Shown piece by piece: positions 20,388 to 30,309 of a stretch of DNA of 64,000 bases. The stretch spans positions 1,824,001 to 1,888,000 of the forward strand of contig CAXXJV010000001.1 of NCBI GenBank assembly GCA_963663475.2, given 5' to 3'. Below the pieces are notes generated by a model that made no database searches, was not told the origin of the DNA, and saw nothing but the letters and a program-made list of their open reading frames with translations. The position numbers and the translations under genes were made by a program. Numbering within the stretch: position 1 is the stretch's first letter; each line of letters opens with the position of its first letter. Origin of the DNA: Candidatus Cloacimonadales bacterium (GTDB lineage Bacteria; Cloacimonadota; Cloacimonadia; Cloacimonadales; JAFGVF01).

Positions 20388-20987
20388 TTAACTTTTTGGT
20401 GTTCTCTTTTTACGTGGACTAGCCTTTTTAGTTTCTGTTTCACCTGTTTCTTCTTTATTCTCTTTTTTAGGTGTTCTTTTAGTCTTTTTTACGCTTTTAT
20501 TCTCTTCAAGATTTTGGCTAGGTAGATCTTGTGTTTGTTCAACATCAATAGTTAAACTTTGCTCAGGATCAACATAGCTTACAGGTTCAATAATCTTTTT
20601 TTGTTTCATTTCGATTTTGATAACTGGCTCAACTCTATGGGTAACAATATAGAGTTCTTTACCTCTTGTTAAGGCAATTTTCTTCTCAATATCCAAAGCT
20701 TCTAAGGTTTTAGAATCAATTACTTCTTCAATCTTTCCTGTTTTTTTGTCAACAATCTGTATAAATGTTTGCTTTGCAGGCATAAATCCTACCTCCAATT
20801 GGTATTTTTCTGGGAATTTTTCTATTGTTTCGTAAACAAATTTGTTATACTTTCTTTTATTTCTTTTATAAAACTCAATAAAGGAATCACACTTTTCCAT
20901 AGACCCACAGACAGAGCACAGAGATGGTGTTAAGAATCGGAATTTATTCTTAGGACATGTTGCATATTTTCTACGTCTGCGTGCCAT
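20388..20987 (-). CDS. Hypothetical protein, Cys-rich basic N-terminus and Lys-rich tail; possible internal start at 20783
   Basis: 199-aa ORF; C-x12-C-x2-C-x5-C; internal GGAGGT-N7-ATG. Confidence 0.55.
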   Translation of the reverse strand: MARRRRKYATCPKNKFRFLTPSLCSVCGSMEKCDSFIEFYKRNKRKYNKFVYETIEKFPEKYQLEVGFMPAKQTFIQIVDKKTGKIEEVIDSKTLEALDIEKKIALTRGKELYIVTHRVEPVIKIEMKQKKIIEPVSYVDPEQSLTIDVEQTQDLPSQNLEENKSVKKTKRTPKKENKEETGETETKKASPRKKRTPKS

Positions 20988-21082
20988 TTACTTCTTAGCT
21001 TACTCCTTTTATGAGTCTTTTTACTTTTTTATTAAATCATTGATAATTAGTCAATAAATATCTTTATATAAGAAAAACTTCT

Positions 21083-22891
21083 CTAAGTATTATCATTAAG
21101 AGACTTAAGGATATTTTGGGCAGAGTTTTCTCCAATACCCTTAATTCGCATTAGGTCTTCAATGGATGAATTTTTAATCACATCTACAGAACCGAATTCT
21201 TTTAGCAAGGCAAATTTAAGTTTTTCTGAGATACCTTTAATAGAATCAAGTTTACTAACTAAGGTTCTTGATGATCTTCTTTTTCTATGGAAGGTGATAG
21301 CAAACCTATGGGATTCATCTCGAATATGAGTAAGCAACTTAAGGGCTGAAGATGTTTTAGGAAGGATAATAGAGTTTTCATGTCCAGGAATATAGACTTC
21401 TTCAACTCGCTTAGCTAGGGATATAAGCATGATATTTAGGTCATTGAAATCTTGGAGAATAGCATTAGCTGCATTGAGCTGTCCTTTACCACCATCAATC
21501 ACAATAAGGTCAGGAGTAAGTTCTTTATTTTCTCTGCAATTATTAAGGAATCTAGTAATAGTCTCAGCCATGGAAGCAAAGTCATCTTGCCCTTCAACAG
21601 TCTTGATAATGAAGTGTCTATAGTTTCTTTTCAGAGGTTTTCCATTGGCAAAATAAACTGCAGAGGAAACAGTATCTTCTCCTTGAATAGTTGAAATGTC
21701 CATGCAGACCATCTTTCTGGGAAGTCTATCAAGTTTTAGAATATCTTTTAATTCTTGCACAGAGAAGATAGTCCTATTTTTATTTCTAATTCCTTGCAGT
21801 TTCTTGTCTTCCACATACATAAAAGCATTTTTTCTAGCAAGAACTACCAAGTTATTTTTTTCCCCTTTTTGAGGAACTTTTATTTTATTTTTTAGCCATT
21901 CATTTAAGCTATCAATATCTTCAGGTTCAGTAGAAACAATAATATCATCTGGTAGATCTTCTTTTTGGGAATAGTAATCAGTAATAAAATAAGAGAGCAA
22001 GGCACCTTCGCTTTCATCTTCTACATTTTTTAGGGGGTAGAGTTCTTTATTATTAACCCTACCTTCAACCATTTTTAGAACAACAACTGCAGCTATAGAT
22101 TCTTCTCTATAGGCAGCAATAATATCACGATTTTTTAAATCAGAGAAAAACATATTTTGCTTTTCAGAAAACTTTTCTAGAGCTTTAATCTTATCTCGTA
22201 TTTCTCCAGCTAGTTCAAACTTAAGTTCTTCAGCAGCTGTTTGCATTTCTTCTTTAAGAGTATTCATGAGAGAATAGTGTTTACCTTGCAAGAAATCTTT
22301 TACATTTTTTACTAGTTTCATATAATCAGAGTGAGATATCTTACCAATACAGGGTGCTAGGCATTTCTTCAGTTGATAGTTGATACAAGCTTTGTCATAG
22401 AGAATCTCATCTTTAGGGATTTTTCTGTTACAGTTACGGAGGGGAAAAATCCATTCTAGGAGGGAAAGAATTCTTCTAATATCAGGAAAGCGGGAATAGG
22501 GTCCGTAGTAAGTAGAACCATCTTTAACAAGAGTTCTAGTTTTCTCTATCTTTGGGAAAGGATCATTTGTTATCTTGATGAAAGGGTAGCGTTTATCATC
22601 CTTTAGCATTACATTATAACGAGGAGAGAACTTCCTAATCATAGTTGCTTCGAGAATTAGAGCATTACTTTCACTAGAAACTACAATATAATCTAAATCA
22701 TAAATATGTCTTTGAAGTTGTTTAGTCTTTCTATCTTTATGATCTTGTAGATAAGACCTAACTCTATTCTTAAGATTCTTGGCTTTACCAACGTAGATAA
22801 CCTCATTGTCTTTATCTTTCCAGAGATATACTCCTGGATTATCAGGTAGTAATTCTAGTTTTCTTTCAAGGTGAGAATTAATTTTAATCAT
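21083..22891 (-). CDS. uvrC: Excinuclease ABC subunit C
   Basis: PGVYLW, IYVGKAKNL, DDKRYP, DISTIQG, DGGKGQL, RDESHRFA, HhH; start placed at ATG 22891 overlapping the kinase stop. Confidence 0.96.
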   Translation of the reverse strand: MIKINSHLERKLELLPDNPGVYLWKDKDNEVIYVGKAKNLKNRVRSYLQDHKDRKTKQLQRHIYDLDYIVVSSESNALILEATMIRKFSPRYNVMLKDDKRYPFIKITNDPFPKIEKTRTLVKDGSTYYGPYSRFPDIRRILSLLEWIFPLRNCNRKIPKDEILYDKACINYQLKKCLAPCIGKISHSDYMKLVKNVKDFLQGKHYSLMNTLKEEMQTAAEELKFELAGEIRDKIKALEKFSEKQNMFFSDLKNRDIIAAYREESIAAVVVLKMVEGRVNNKELYPLKNVEDESEGALLSYFITDYYSQKEDLPDDIIVSTEPEDIDSLNEWLKNKIKVPQKGEKNNLVVLARKNAFMYVEDKKLQGIRNKNRTIFSVQELKDILKLDRLPRKMVCMDISTIQGEDTVSSAVYFANGKPLKRNYRHFIIKTVEGQDDFASMAETITRFLNNCRENKELTPDLIVIDGGKGQLNAANAILQDFNDLNIMLISLAKRVEEVYIPGHENSIILPKTSSALKLLTHIRDESHRFAITFHRKRRSSRTLVSKLDSIKGISEKLKFALLKEFGSVDVIKNSSIEDLMRIKGIGENSAQNILKSLNDNT

Positions 22892-25800
22892 CTTGTTTCT
22901 TTTTAAAGATAGAGAGAGAGATAAAGACAGTAGTACCTTCGTGTTCTTTACTTTGAACCCAGATTCTACCCTTATTAAGATCAACTATTCTTTTACAAGT
23001 TGAAAGACCAAGACCTAAACCAGCTGATCTATATTCAATAGTTCCTGATTTATGAGAATATATATCATTAATTTCATAAAACTTCTTAAAAATATTTTCT
23101 AACTCTTTTTCTGGTATGCCGATACCATTATCTTTAACATAAATAACAAGTGCTTCTTGATTATTAATCTTTTCATTTTGGAAGGTTGAACGCCTTACTC
23201 CTATACTAATCTCACCAAAATCATTAGTGAATCTAATTGCATTTAAAATTACCTGATTTAGCATGATTGATAGGGATTCCCAGTCACCGTAAACATTTGG
23301 AATATTATCTTCAATATCTGTTTTGATAGTTAGTTTTCTTTTTTCGGCTAGGTTTTGTGTATCGTGAACACAAAGATTTACTAGCTCAGTAATGTCAATT
23401 TCTCCAAGACGTAACTCACTAGTGATAGAGAATTTATTGAATGTTATGATATCATTTGTAGTATTAATCAGTTTAGATACACTAGATTCTACATTCTTAA
23501 GTAATTCTTCTCTTTTGGTAGGATTCTCTGTCAGATTATTCTTAAGTTTTCTGACATAGGTAGATAATTTAGTTAGAGGTGTGTTAAGTTCATGAGAAAC
23601 AATATTAATGAAATCATCCTTTAAAGAATCAAGTTTTACTAGTTCAATATTCTTTTTAAAGAGGTTATAGTAACTTACGGCATTTTTAATGCTAGTATTA
23701 ACTTGTAGGAGGAAGAGTTTAAGTATCTCTTTATTAACATAAAGTTGGTTTTGAATATCAAGATAGTTATCGAAATAAATAATACCATATATTTTGTTAT
23801 CAATGATTACTGGTGCACAATAATAGGAGAGAAGTAAGAAGTTATCTCTTTTTCTAGATCTTCTAAAAGAATCTTCACTAACATTATTGGAATAGAGAGG
23901 TTTTTTCAGTTGTTGGACTTTGAGAAGGGCATTATTATCTAAGGAAGTATATTGCTTAACAATATTATTCTCATTATCTAATGCAATGGTAAACTTATAA
24001 TTACCTGAGTCTTCAATTTGAATAAAGAAACCTCTGGAAGCATTTAGGAAGTTTATTCCTTCAGCAACCACCTCATATTCAAGTCTGTCTAAACTTGTAG
24101 TACCTATTAACTTATTGGTAACAGTCATTAAACGGGACATGAGAGTCATCTTTTTGTGGTTTTCAATAAAGTCAATAACTCGCAATAGAATAGTGGTAGC
24201 TTGTAAGCTGATAGAGTTGAGAATTAATATTTCATTATTGGTATAAGCAACATCACCATCATCTTGAACAAGAATAAAACCAACCCTATTTTTTGCTATC
24301 TGTAGAGGGATAATTGCCACATGATTATCTTTAATTTTTTTAGTAACTACAGTGTTCTTAGTGAAAGACCGCTTAATCAAACTAGTATATTCTTTAGATT
24401 GAATCAGTTCAAAATCAAAATTCTCAGAACTAAACTCTTCATAGTTCATATTATCTTGATTATAGATAGCAATGGTAAATGAAGTAGGTGAAACAAGAGT
24501 ATCTAGCAATTTTGCAAAGAAGAAGATAATTCTATTCATATCTTTAATTTGCAAGAGTTCAGCTATCTTTTTATTTAAGGTTTGTTTAGTAAGACTCTTT
24601 CTAGGAGCTATTTTCTCAAAGACAAAGCTAGATATTTTTCTGCTATAATAGTGTTTTTTAGCTAGGAATTCTCTATACATTTTGGGGTTAGAAAAATCAA
24701 CTAAGTATTGGATTTTCTTCTTATATTTATAGATGTAAGGAGAGTTCATATCAACAGCTTCAAATTGATTTAAGACTTGTATGATAAGACCTAATGTTTT
24801 TATCTCAATCAGAAGATAACGTTTCTCATCACAAAGGTTAGCAAGATCAATCAAGTCTCTAAGTACTTGTCTTAAATGAATATTTGGGTTAAGTAAGTCT
24901 ATCTTACACTTGTGTAATCTAAGGACCGATTCCCAGTATTGATAATTATATTTTTTACATAGATTAAAGACTTCTTCATAAATTGCTTCTGCTTCTTCAG
25001 TCTTATTAAGGTAAAGTAAACATTCAATTTCTCGTATTCTAAAGATAGTATAAGCATACTTATTCCGTGAAGTTTGAGCATATTCCTTAGCAAATTCAAT
25101 ATTTCTATAAGCTACTTCATAATTATTCTTGGTCATAGCTAAGAGATTCAGAGCATTGTAATAGAATTCTTCTTCTTTAAGTTTACTATAACTAATATGA
25201 GAATTTTTGTTAATCAATTCTTCAATTGCTTCAGAGGCTGAAATCTCGTAGAGGAAATAGAAGTAGGTCTTAACTGAGGGGTTGAGATCATAGAATTTAT
25301 TCTCTTTGAGTTCTGGATTTTTCTCGTAAATGAAGTCAGTATATTCTTTGTATGTAGAAGTTTTACTCATAGCTAGAGCCAAGTTTCGGTTGATACTAGG
25401 ATCACTTTTGATACCTTCGACTTTATCAGAAATTTCTTTAGCTCTTTCAAGATAGACTTTTGCACTAGCAAAATCACCAAATTTTAGTTTAGCTTCTGCA
25501 ATATTTATATAGGTTAAAACTGCTGTTGAAGAATTATAGTTTCTCTCTAATAATTCCTCAGATTTTAAGAAGAGATCAAAGGCTTTATTGGTGAGACCCT
25601 GTTTAAGATAAAGGTCGCCTAAATTATTATATATTAGAACTAATTGTTTTTCAATATTAAATTTTTCGAAAAGAGATATGCTCTTAGTAAAGTAACTCTG
25701 GGCCTCATCTAATCTTTTTATGGAAGAGTAATAAGTAGCTAAGTTATTATAAATGATAGCAATAATAATCATCATATCATTTTCAGGTGTAGCAGGGAAT

Positions 25801-28358
25801 TTCTCTATCAAAGCTTCTTCAATTGTGATAGCATCCATTATTTTACCATTCTTAAAGAAGAGAACAGAACGTCTATCTTGGAAGAGAAGGTAGTATTTAA
25901 GGTCTATAGATGAATAGTCAATTTCCTCAAGTAATTCTTTAACCTCAGGCATTTTGCCTAATCTTTGAAAAATCTTAGTAGCTAAAAGTCTTAGTTCCAG
26001 AGAATGCTTGGCTGTTCTTATAAGGGATTCTGCAAGGGGGAAGAGGTTAACTGCATTCTCAAATTGCTCAAAAAGATAATATAGCTTGATTAAAATGAGA
26101 TATTTTTCAAAGATAGGAGGATAACTATCCATAATTCTAATTAATTGTTCGGCTTTGCTAGCAGAGACGACTATATCTAATTTCTCACTAATTAAAGAGG
26201 CATCTTTGATTAGATTCTTATCAACATGAGGAATAGAGTCAATCACATTTATTTTAAGCACATTTATCAGGTTTTCAAAAGCTGCTTCTTGATTATGTTG
26301 TTGGTCATTAAGCTTATATAGTCTTAAATTGTACTTTCTAATAGCATCATAATCTTTAGCAATCTTAGCATTTTCAATAATACCTTGGCAGATTTCCATA
26401 TCATTTATTTCAATATTATGGAAGTAGGATATTAGCTGTTCAGAATACTTAATCAAATTATCTTTAGAACATTCCCTTATCAGTCTTTTCTGAGCTTCTG
26501 GGAAGGTAAAATGATAGTATTCACCCAATTTAATCAAAATCTCATTATTAAGGGCATCTGTAATGAAGTGATAGAGCTGAAGATCGTTTATTTTGAAAAA
26601 ATACTTGATCAGACTCTTGCTAAGTGGTGTCTGTACAATTGCTAATTGCATCAAATATTTATAGCTATTTTCAGCTAAGTTGCTCATTCTCACATAAATT
26701 GAATCTAAGATTGATTTTGGCAGCGTTGCGTGGTCAATATTATAGGAGAAATCAAAGCCAGATTCACTCCATATCTTTCTTCTTTGAATTAAATCGATTA
26801 AGAATTCTTGCATGAAGTAGGGATTACCACATGTTCTTCTATGTAGTTTTTGAATCATGCTTTCCGGGACATCATTTTTAAGAAGTTTTAGAACGTACTT
26901 CTTAGATTCTTCATATTCCAGGAATGGAATTTTGATAATAACTGTTTCATTGAGTTTTTGAACCTGTCGATAATTATTGAAAGATAAGGCAATAATTATC
27001 TTTGATGTTGAGATAATGTCAGCACAGAAATTGATAAATTCAATACTGTTATCTTCTAAGAGTTCAGCATGTCTGATAATAAAGACTAATGGTCTTTCTT
27101 GAGATAAGTGTTGAAGATAACTTTTAAGAGAAGCAAAATCTTCCATCATATCATCTTTAGAGAAATTGGTAAGCTTAGCAGCATCTTCAGATTCATAGAG
27201 GTATTTCTTGAATTTAGCTGATATCTTATTTAAGTCATCTTCTAGAAGAACTGCAGCATTGTTCTTACTAACAGAGGTATGAAACTCTTTGGTTAAGGCA
27301 TAGAAGGGGTCTTTGTGGTCATGACTACATTCGTAATCAAAAATATAGTATTTTCCAGTGAGAATATGGTATTTAAAAAGGGTTAGAATATCACCTTTGC
27401 CTAAGCCTTTACCACCAACTAAAGAAATTAGCTTTCCATTATTATTCTCTACTGCCTCCAGATAGCGAGTAAGATTTTTACTGATATCTTCATTTACATA
27501 GTAACTATTGAATTTTAGGAAGTTTACAGTGGACCATTGGTAAGAAAAGGAGTATTTTTTTAGTTGATTTTTATTAATAAAATCTATTATCTCTGGAACA
27601 CTTCTAAATCTATTTTCTGGATTCTTCTCTAAAAGCCTAATGATAAGTTTTTCTAAATCTTCAGGTATATCACTGTTTACCTGTCTAGGTAGTTTGGGAA
27701 GTACATAATCTTTATTACCCTGAATAAAGGCCATTATCTGCTTAATCGAGAAGGGGAAAGCACCAGTTGTTAAGCGGTAAAGGGTTACTCCTAAGGCATA
27801 AAAGTCACTTTCTGGTGTAGGTTCATTTCCTAGGTAAACTTCAGGAGCTATGAAAGGTAGTGAACCAGTAATTTTCTGAGGATCTCCATCTAAATCAATC
27901 TTAAAGAAACCATAATCCATGACTTTTATCTGGGGGCCAGACCCAGTAAATCTAAAAAGAACATTATGAGGTTTTATATCTTTATGAATCATCCCATGAG
28001 TATGTAGTGCGTGTAAAGCATAACAGATTTGAGTAACAATATTGTAAAGTTCTGAAATGTTATCTCTATTAACTGGAAACCTGTTTAAAGGGTGGCCATC
28101 ATAGTATTCGCTTAAGGCATAGACATTCTTTCCTATGTTGCCAAAATCAACAATATTAATGAGGTTGGGATGGTTAATTTGGGTTAAATGATGCATGTTA
28201 TTAGCAGGTAGTTTTTTATAAAACTCTTTTGCATCGAGATGATTAAAGTATTTTAAAGCATATATCTTATCAGTTCTTAAATCTTTTACTTTATAAACTG
28301 TTGCCCATAATCCGGAACCTAATTCTTCAATAACTTCATATCTAGAATCTAAAATCAT
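22884..28358 (-). CDS. Hybrid Ser/Thr kinase - P-loop NTPase-like - TPR - GAF - histidine kinase (1824 aa)
   Basis: LGSG, HKDIKPHN, DYG, FIAPE; GGKGLGKG and GNPYF; TPR-like YNNL repeats; SHELNTPL H-box, NAIRFT, DNGIGI, GLGLGL. Confidence 0.88.
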   Translation of the reverse strand: MILDSRYEVIEELGSGLWATVYKVKDLRTDKIYALKYFNHLDAKEFYKKLPANNMHHLTQINHPNLINIVDFGNIGKNVYALSEYYDGHPLNRFPVNRDNISELYNIVTQICYALHALHTHGMIHKDIKPHNVLFRFTGSGPQIKVMDYGFFKIDLDGDPQKITGSLPFIAPEVYLGNEPTPESDFYALGVTLYRLTTGAFPFSIKQIMAFIQGNKDYVLPKLPRQVNSDIPEDLEKLIIRLLEKNPENRFRSVPEIIDFINKNQLKKYSFSYQWSTVNFLKFNSYYVNEDISKNLTRYLEAVENNNGKLISLVGGKGLGKGDILTLFKYHILTGKYYIFDYECSHDHKDPFYALTKEFHTSVSKNNAAVLLEDDLNKISAKFKKYLYESEDAAKLTNFSKDDMMEDFASLKSYLQHLSQERPLVFIIRHAELLEDNSIEFINFCADIISTSKIIIALSFNNYRQVQKLNETVIIKIPFLEYEESKKYVLKLLKNDVPESMIQKLHRRTCGNPYFMQEFLIDLIQRRKIWSESGFDFSYNIDHATLPKSILDSIYVRMSNLAENSYKYLMQLAIVQTPLSKSLIKYFFKINDLQLYHFITDALNNEILIKLGEYYHFTFPEAQKRLIRECSKDNLIKYSEQLISYFHNIEINDMEICQGIIENAKIAKDYDAIRKYNLRLYKLNDQQHNQEAAFENLINVLKINVIDSIPHVDKNLIKDASLISEKLDIVVSASKAEQLIRIMDSYPPIFEKYLILIKLYYLFEQFENAVNLFPLAESLIRTAKHSLELRLLATKIFQRLGKMPEVKELLEEIDYSSIDLKYYLLFQDRRSVLFFKNGKIMDAITIEEALIEKFPATPENDMMIIIAIIYNNLATYYSSIKRLDEAQSYFTKSISLFEKFNIEKQLVLIYNNLGDLYLKQGLTNKAFDLFLKSEELLERNYNSSTAVLTYINIAEAKLKFGDFASAKVYLERAKEISDKVEGIKSDPSINRNLALAMSKTSTYKEYTDFIYEKNPELKENKFYDLNPSVKTYFYFLYEISASEAIEELINKNSHISYSKLKEEEFYYNALNLLAMTKNNYEVAYRNIEFAKEYAQTSRNKYAYTIFRIREIECLLYLNKTEEAEAIYEEVFNLCKKYNYQYWESVLRLHKCKIDLLNPNIHLRQVLRDLIDLANLCDEKRYLLIEIKTLGLIIQVLNQFEAVDMNSPYIYKYKKKIQYLVDFSNPKMYREFLAKKHYYSRKISSFVFEKIAPRKSLTKQTLNKKIAELLQIKDMNRIIFFFAKLLDTLVSPTSFTIAIYNQDNMNYEEFSSENFDFELIQSKEYTSLIKRSFTKNTVVTKKIKDNHVAIIPLQIAKNRVGFILVQDDGDVAYTNNEILILNSISLQATTILLRVIDFIENHKKMTLMSRLMTVTNKLIGTTSLDRLEYEVVAEGINFLNASRGFFIQIEDSGNYKFTIALDNENNIVKQYTSLDNNALLKVQQLKKPLYSNNVSEDSFRRSRKRDNFLLLSYYCAPVIIDNKIYGIIYFDNYLDIQNQLYVNKEILKLFLLQVNTSIKNAVSYYNLFKKNIELVKLDSLKDDFINIVSHELNTPLTKLSTYVRKLKNNLTENPTKREELLKNVESSVSKLINTTNDIITFNKFSITSELRLGEIDITELVNLCVHDTQNLAEKRKLTIKTDIEDNIPNVYGDWESLSIMLNQVILNAIRFTNDFGEISIGVRRSTFQNEKINNQEALVIYVKDNGIGIPEKELENIFKKFYEINDIYSHKSGTIEYRSAGLGLGLSTCKRIVDLNKGRIWVQSKEHEGTTVFISLSIFKKKQDD

Positions 28359-28488
28359 GATTATCCCCTCTCAAGTCATTTTTAGACATTTACACCTTTT
28401 TTACCCCAGTTATAATAGCCATATCTTAGAGCTAGTCTCAAAGGTCTTCTCTATTTGTTGAATCCAAGCATATTAACTAGGTTTTAAT

Positions 28489-28516
28489 ATTATATTAAGT
28501 AATTGATTTATGTCAA
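28489..28516 (-). promoter_or_regulatory. Consensus sigma70 promoter for kinase-uvrC operon
   Basis: Minus strand TTGACA (28516-28511), 16 bp spacer, TATAAT (28494-28489). Confidence 0.7.
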
Positions 28517-28568
28517 GAGAAGATTAAAAAATCTGTGTCTTACTGAAAATGAGACTTGTCAAGTATTA

Positions 28569-28598
28569 ACCCAAATAATGCATTAGACATTGGTGAAT
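28569..28598 (+). repeat. Family A left-end fragment A6
   Basis: TTA then ACCCAAATAATGCATTAGACATTGGTGAAT; no clear right end. Confidence 0.6.
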
Positions 28599-28612
28599 TT
28601 ACTTGTAGCATC

Positions 28613-28683
28613 CTTATTCCTTCCTTTACACTCTTTCGATGAAAGTCCGCCTTTCATCGAAAGAGTGTAAAGGATGGAATAAG
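28613..28683. repeat. Family B long palindrome, copy B1 (33-bp arms, 1 mismatch)
   Basis: CTTATTCCTTCCTTTACACTCTTTCGATGAAAG-TCCGC-CTTTCATCGAAAGAGTGTAAAGGATGGAATAAG; homologous to 49366-49448. Confidence 0.85.
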
Positions 28684-28766
28684 AAAGGAATAAGAAAGAT
28701 CATGGTTTTCAATCCCTAATAGTGCTTTCCCTAAATCCTAATACTTAAGTAGATTTTATTAAGAAT

Positions 28767-28802
28767 CAAAAAGAAAAAGTCCCATTAATAGGACTTTTTC
28801 TT
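28767..28802 (-). terminator. Rho-independent terminator after FlgD-domain gene
   Basis: AAGAAAAAGTCC/GGACTTTTTCTT 12-bp stem with flanking A-run. Confidence 0.7.
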
Positions 28803-28822
28803 AACTATAAATACTAAAGATT

Positions 28823-30301
28823 TTATTTCATGAGTAGCATTTTATGAATAGCTTCTTCTTTATCTGTTTTTAACCTTAGATAATAGACACCAGAAGGCAT
28901 GTCTTTTTTATTATCATCTTTTCCATTCCAGACAAGATTATGGTTTCCTCTAGCATAATATCCAGATTCTAAATTAGAAATTTTCTGACCTTTTAAATTA
29001 AATATTTCACTAGTAAGATAAGTTCTTTCATTTATATTGAAGGATATAGTTGTTTGGGGATTGAAAGGGTTAGGATAGTTTCTAACTGAGAAGTTTGGAC
29101 TTACTACTTGGTTGCTTTCGTTTGAGACTTGTTCAATTGTGGAAGTAACGAAGTCGATATCATTATCAGAAACTCTCACAAGAATCTCTTCCCATTCTCC
29201 CATTATTAGTTGGGAAGCTTGCTCACTAATAAATACAACTTCTTGGGAAAAATCATGTGATTGAGGGTAGAAAGAGAGACTATCAGTGCCGTCAATTACT
29301 GCTTGGCTTGTAAGAGGGAAGTTGCCATTTGAATCAAAATAACTAAAAGAAAGCAATCCAGTAATTGGATCAGGAGAAATAGACGAAATCTCAGGTAGGA
29401 TATTTTCGTTCTCTTCTAAAGTTAACTCATCAAGGAAAACTACAGCTGGGTAAGTGTAATCGGTTTCTTGCATACCGCCAGCTAGAGTAATCATGCCAGT
29501 TCCTGCTACAGTGCTAAACATTGCTTGGTCAGGATCAAACCAACTATTAAAATCCTCATCAGCATAGAGGTCAGACCAATCACAAGAAAGAATGAGTAAG
29601 TTATTATCTTGGTCAATTACAGTTTCGATATCACCAATAAGTTGGATATCTGTCATTTCCATTCCTGTAATTTTGTAGAGTCCTGGCTGTATAATACCAG
29701 CTTGATTTACAGTGTAGAGGAGACCAAAAGGTGCTAAAGCAATATCATTAGGAATTATCAGAGATATGTAAGAGTAGAAAGGACCCCAAATAGCTTCACT
29801 AACAGGGAAACCTCCACCGTTATTCTCGATAGCGAAATAGAGCTTTTCTTCATCATAAGTAAAATGTGTAGAGATAATATCTAGAAAAGATTCATCAACA
29901 GAAGCATCTTCAGAAGAATCATTCAGTAACCAGTTTAAATCATTGCTTGAAGGCTGCTCTTGACCAGTCCAAGGAATTGGTTGAATTGCAACACCTGCAT
30001 CTAATTCAGAAACAACATCATTATAGGCCCTAATGCCAATATGACGAGGAGTTTGATCAGGGGCAGGTAAGATAGCCTGATAGCTAGCTAATGTATTGTC
30101 TATGTGGCTAAAATCAACATATTGCCATTGGCCACTATCTTGATAATAAAAAGAAAGATCATAAAAGGAAACAAGTTCTCCTCTAGTTACAATCTGATTG
30201 TCTTGATTAATAGCAGAAAATCTCAAGTTATTAATAAGGGGTGAGGCAGCTAGATTTACTATGATGAGTAAAATTACAAAGCTAAGAGCGGTTTTTTTCA
30301 T
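28823..30301 (-). CDS. Secreted protein with C-terminal FlgD-Ig / T9SS-A-like sorting domain
   Basis: Signal peptide from MKKTALS (ATG 30301, GGAG RBS); C-terminal NYPNPFNP...IFNLKGQKI...WNGKD...SGVYYLRL...KMLLMK. Confidence 0.8.
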   Translation of the reverse strand: MKKTALSFVILLIIVNLAASPLINNLRFSAINQDNQIVTRGELVSFYDLSFYYQDSGQWQYVDFSHIDNTLASYQAILPAPDQTPRHIGIRAYNDVVSELDAGVAIQPIPWTGQEQPSSNDLNWLLNDSSEDASVDESFLDIISTHFTYDEEKLYFAIENNGGGFPVSEAIWGPFYSYISLIIPNDIALAPFGLLYTVNQAGIIQPGLYKITGMEMTDIQLIGDIETVIDQDNNLLILSCDWSDLYADEDFNSWFDPDQAMFSTVAGTGMITLAGGMQETDYTYPAVVFLDELTLEENENILPEISSISPDPITGLLSFSYFDSNGNFPLTSQAVIDGTDSLSFYPQSHDFSQEVVFISEQASQLIMGEWEEILVRVSDNDIDFVTSTIEQVSNESNQVVSPNFSVRNYPNPFNPQTTISFNINERTYLTSEIFNLKGQKISNLESGYYARGNHNLVWNGKDDNKKDMPSGVYYLRLKTDKEEAIHKMLLMK

Positions 30302-30309
30302 ATATTCTC

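Noticed and set aside
22892-22984. N-terminal extension of UvrC (LSLSLSLSL)
   Set aside because: Alternate-frame read-through of the kinase 3' end; the real start is most likely ATG 22891.
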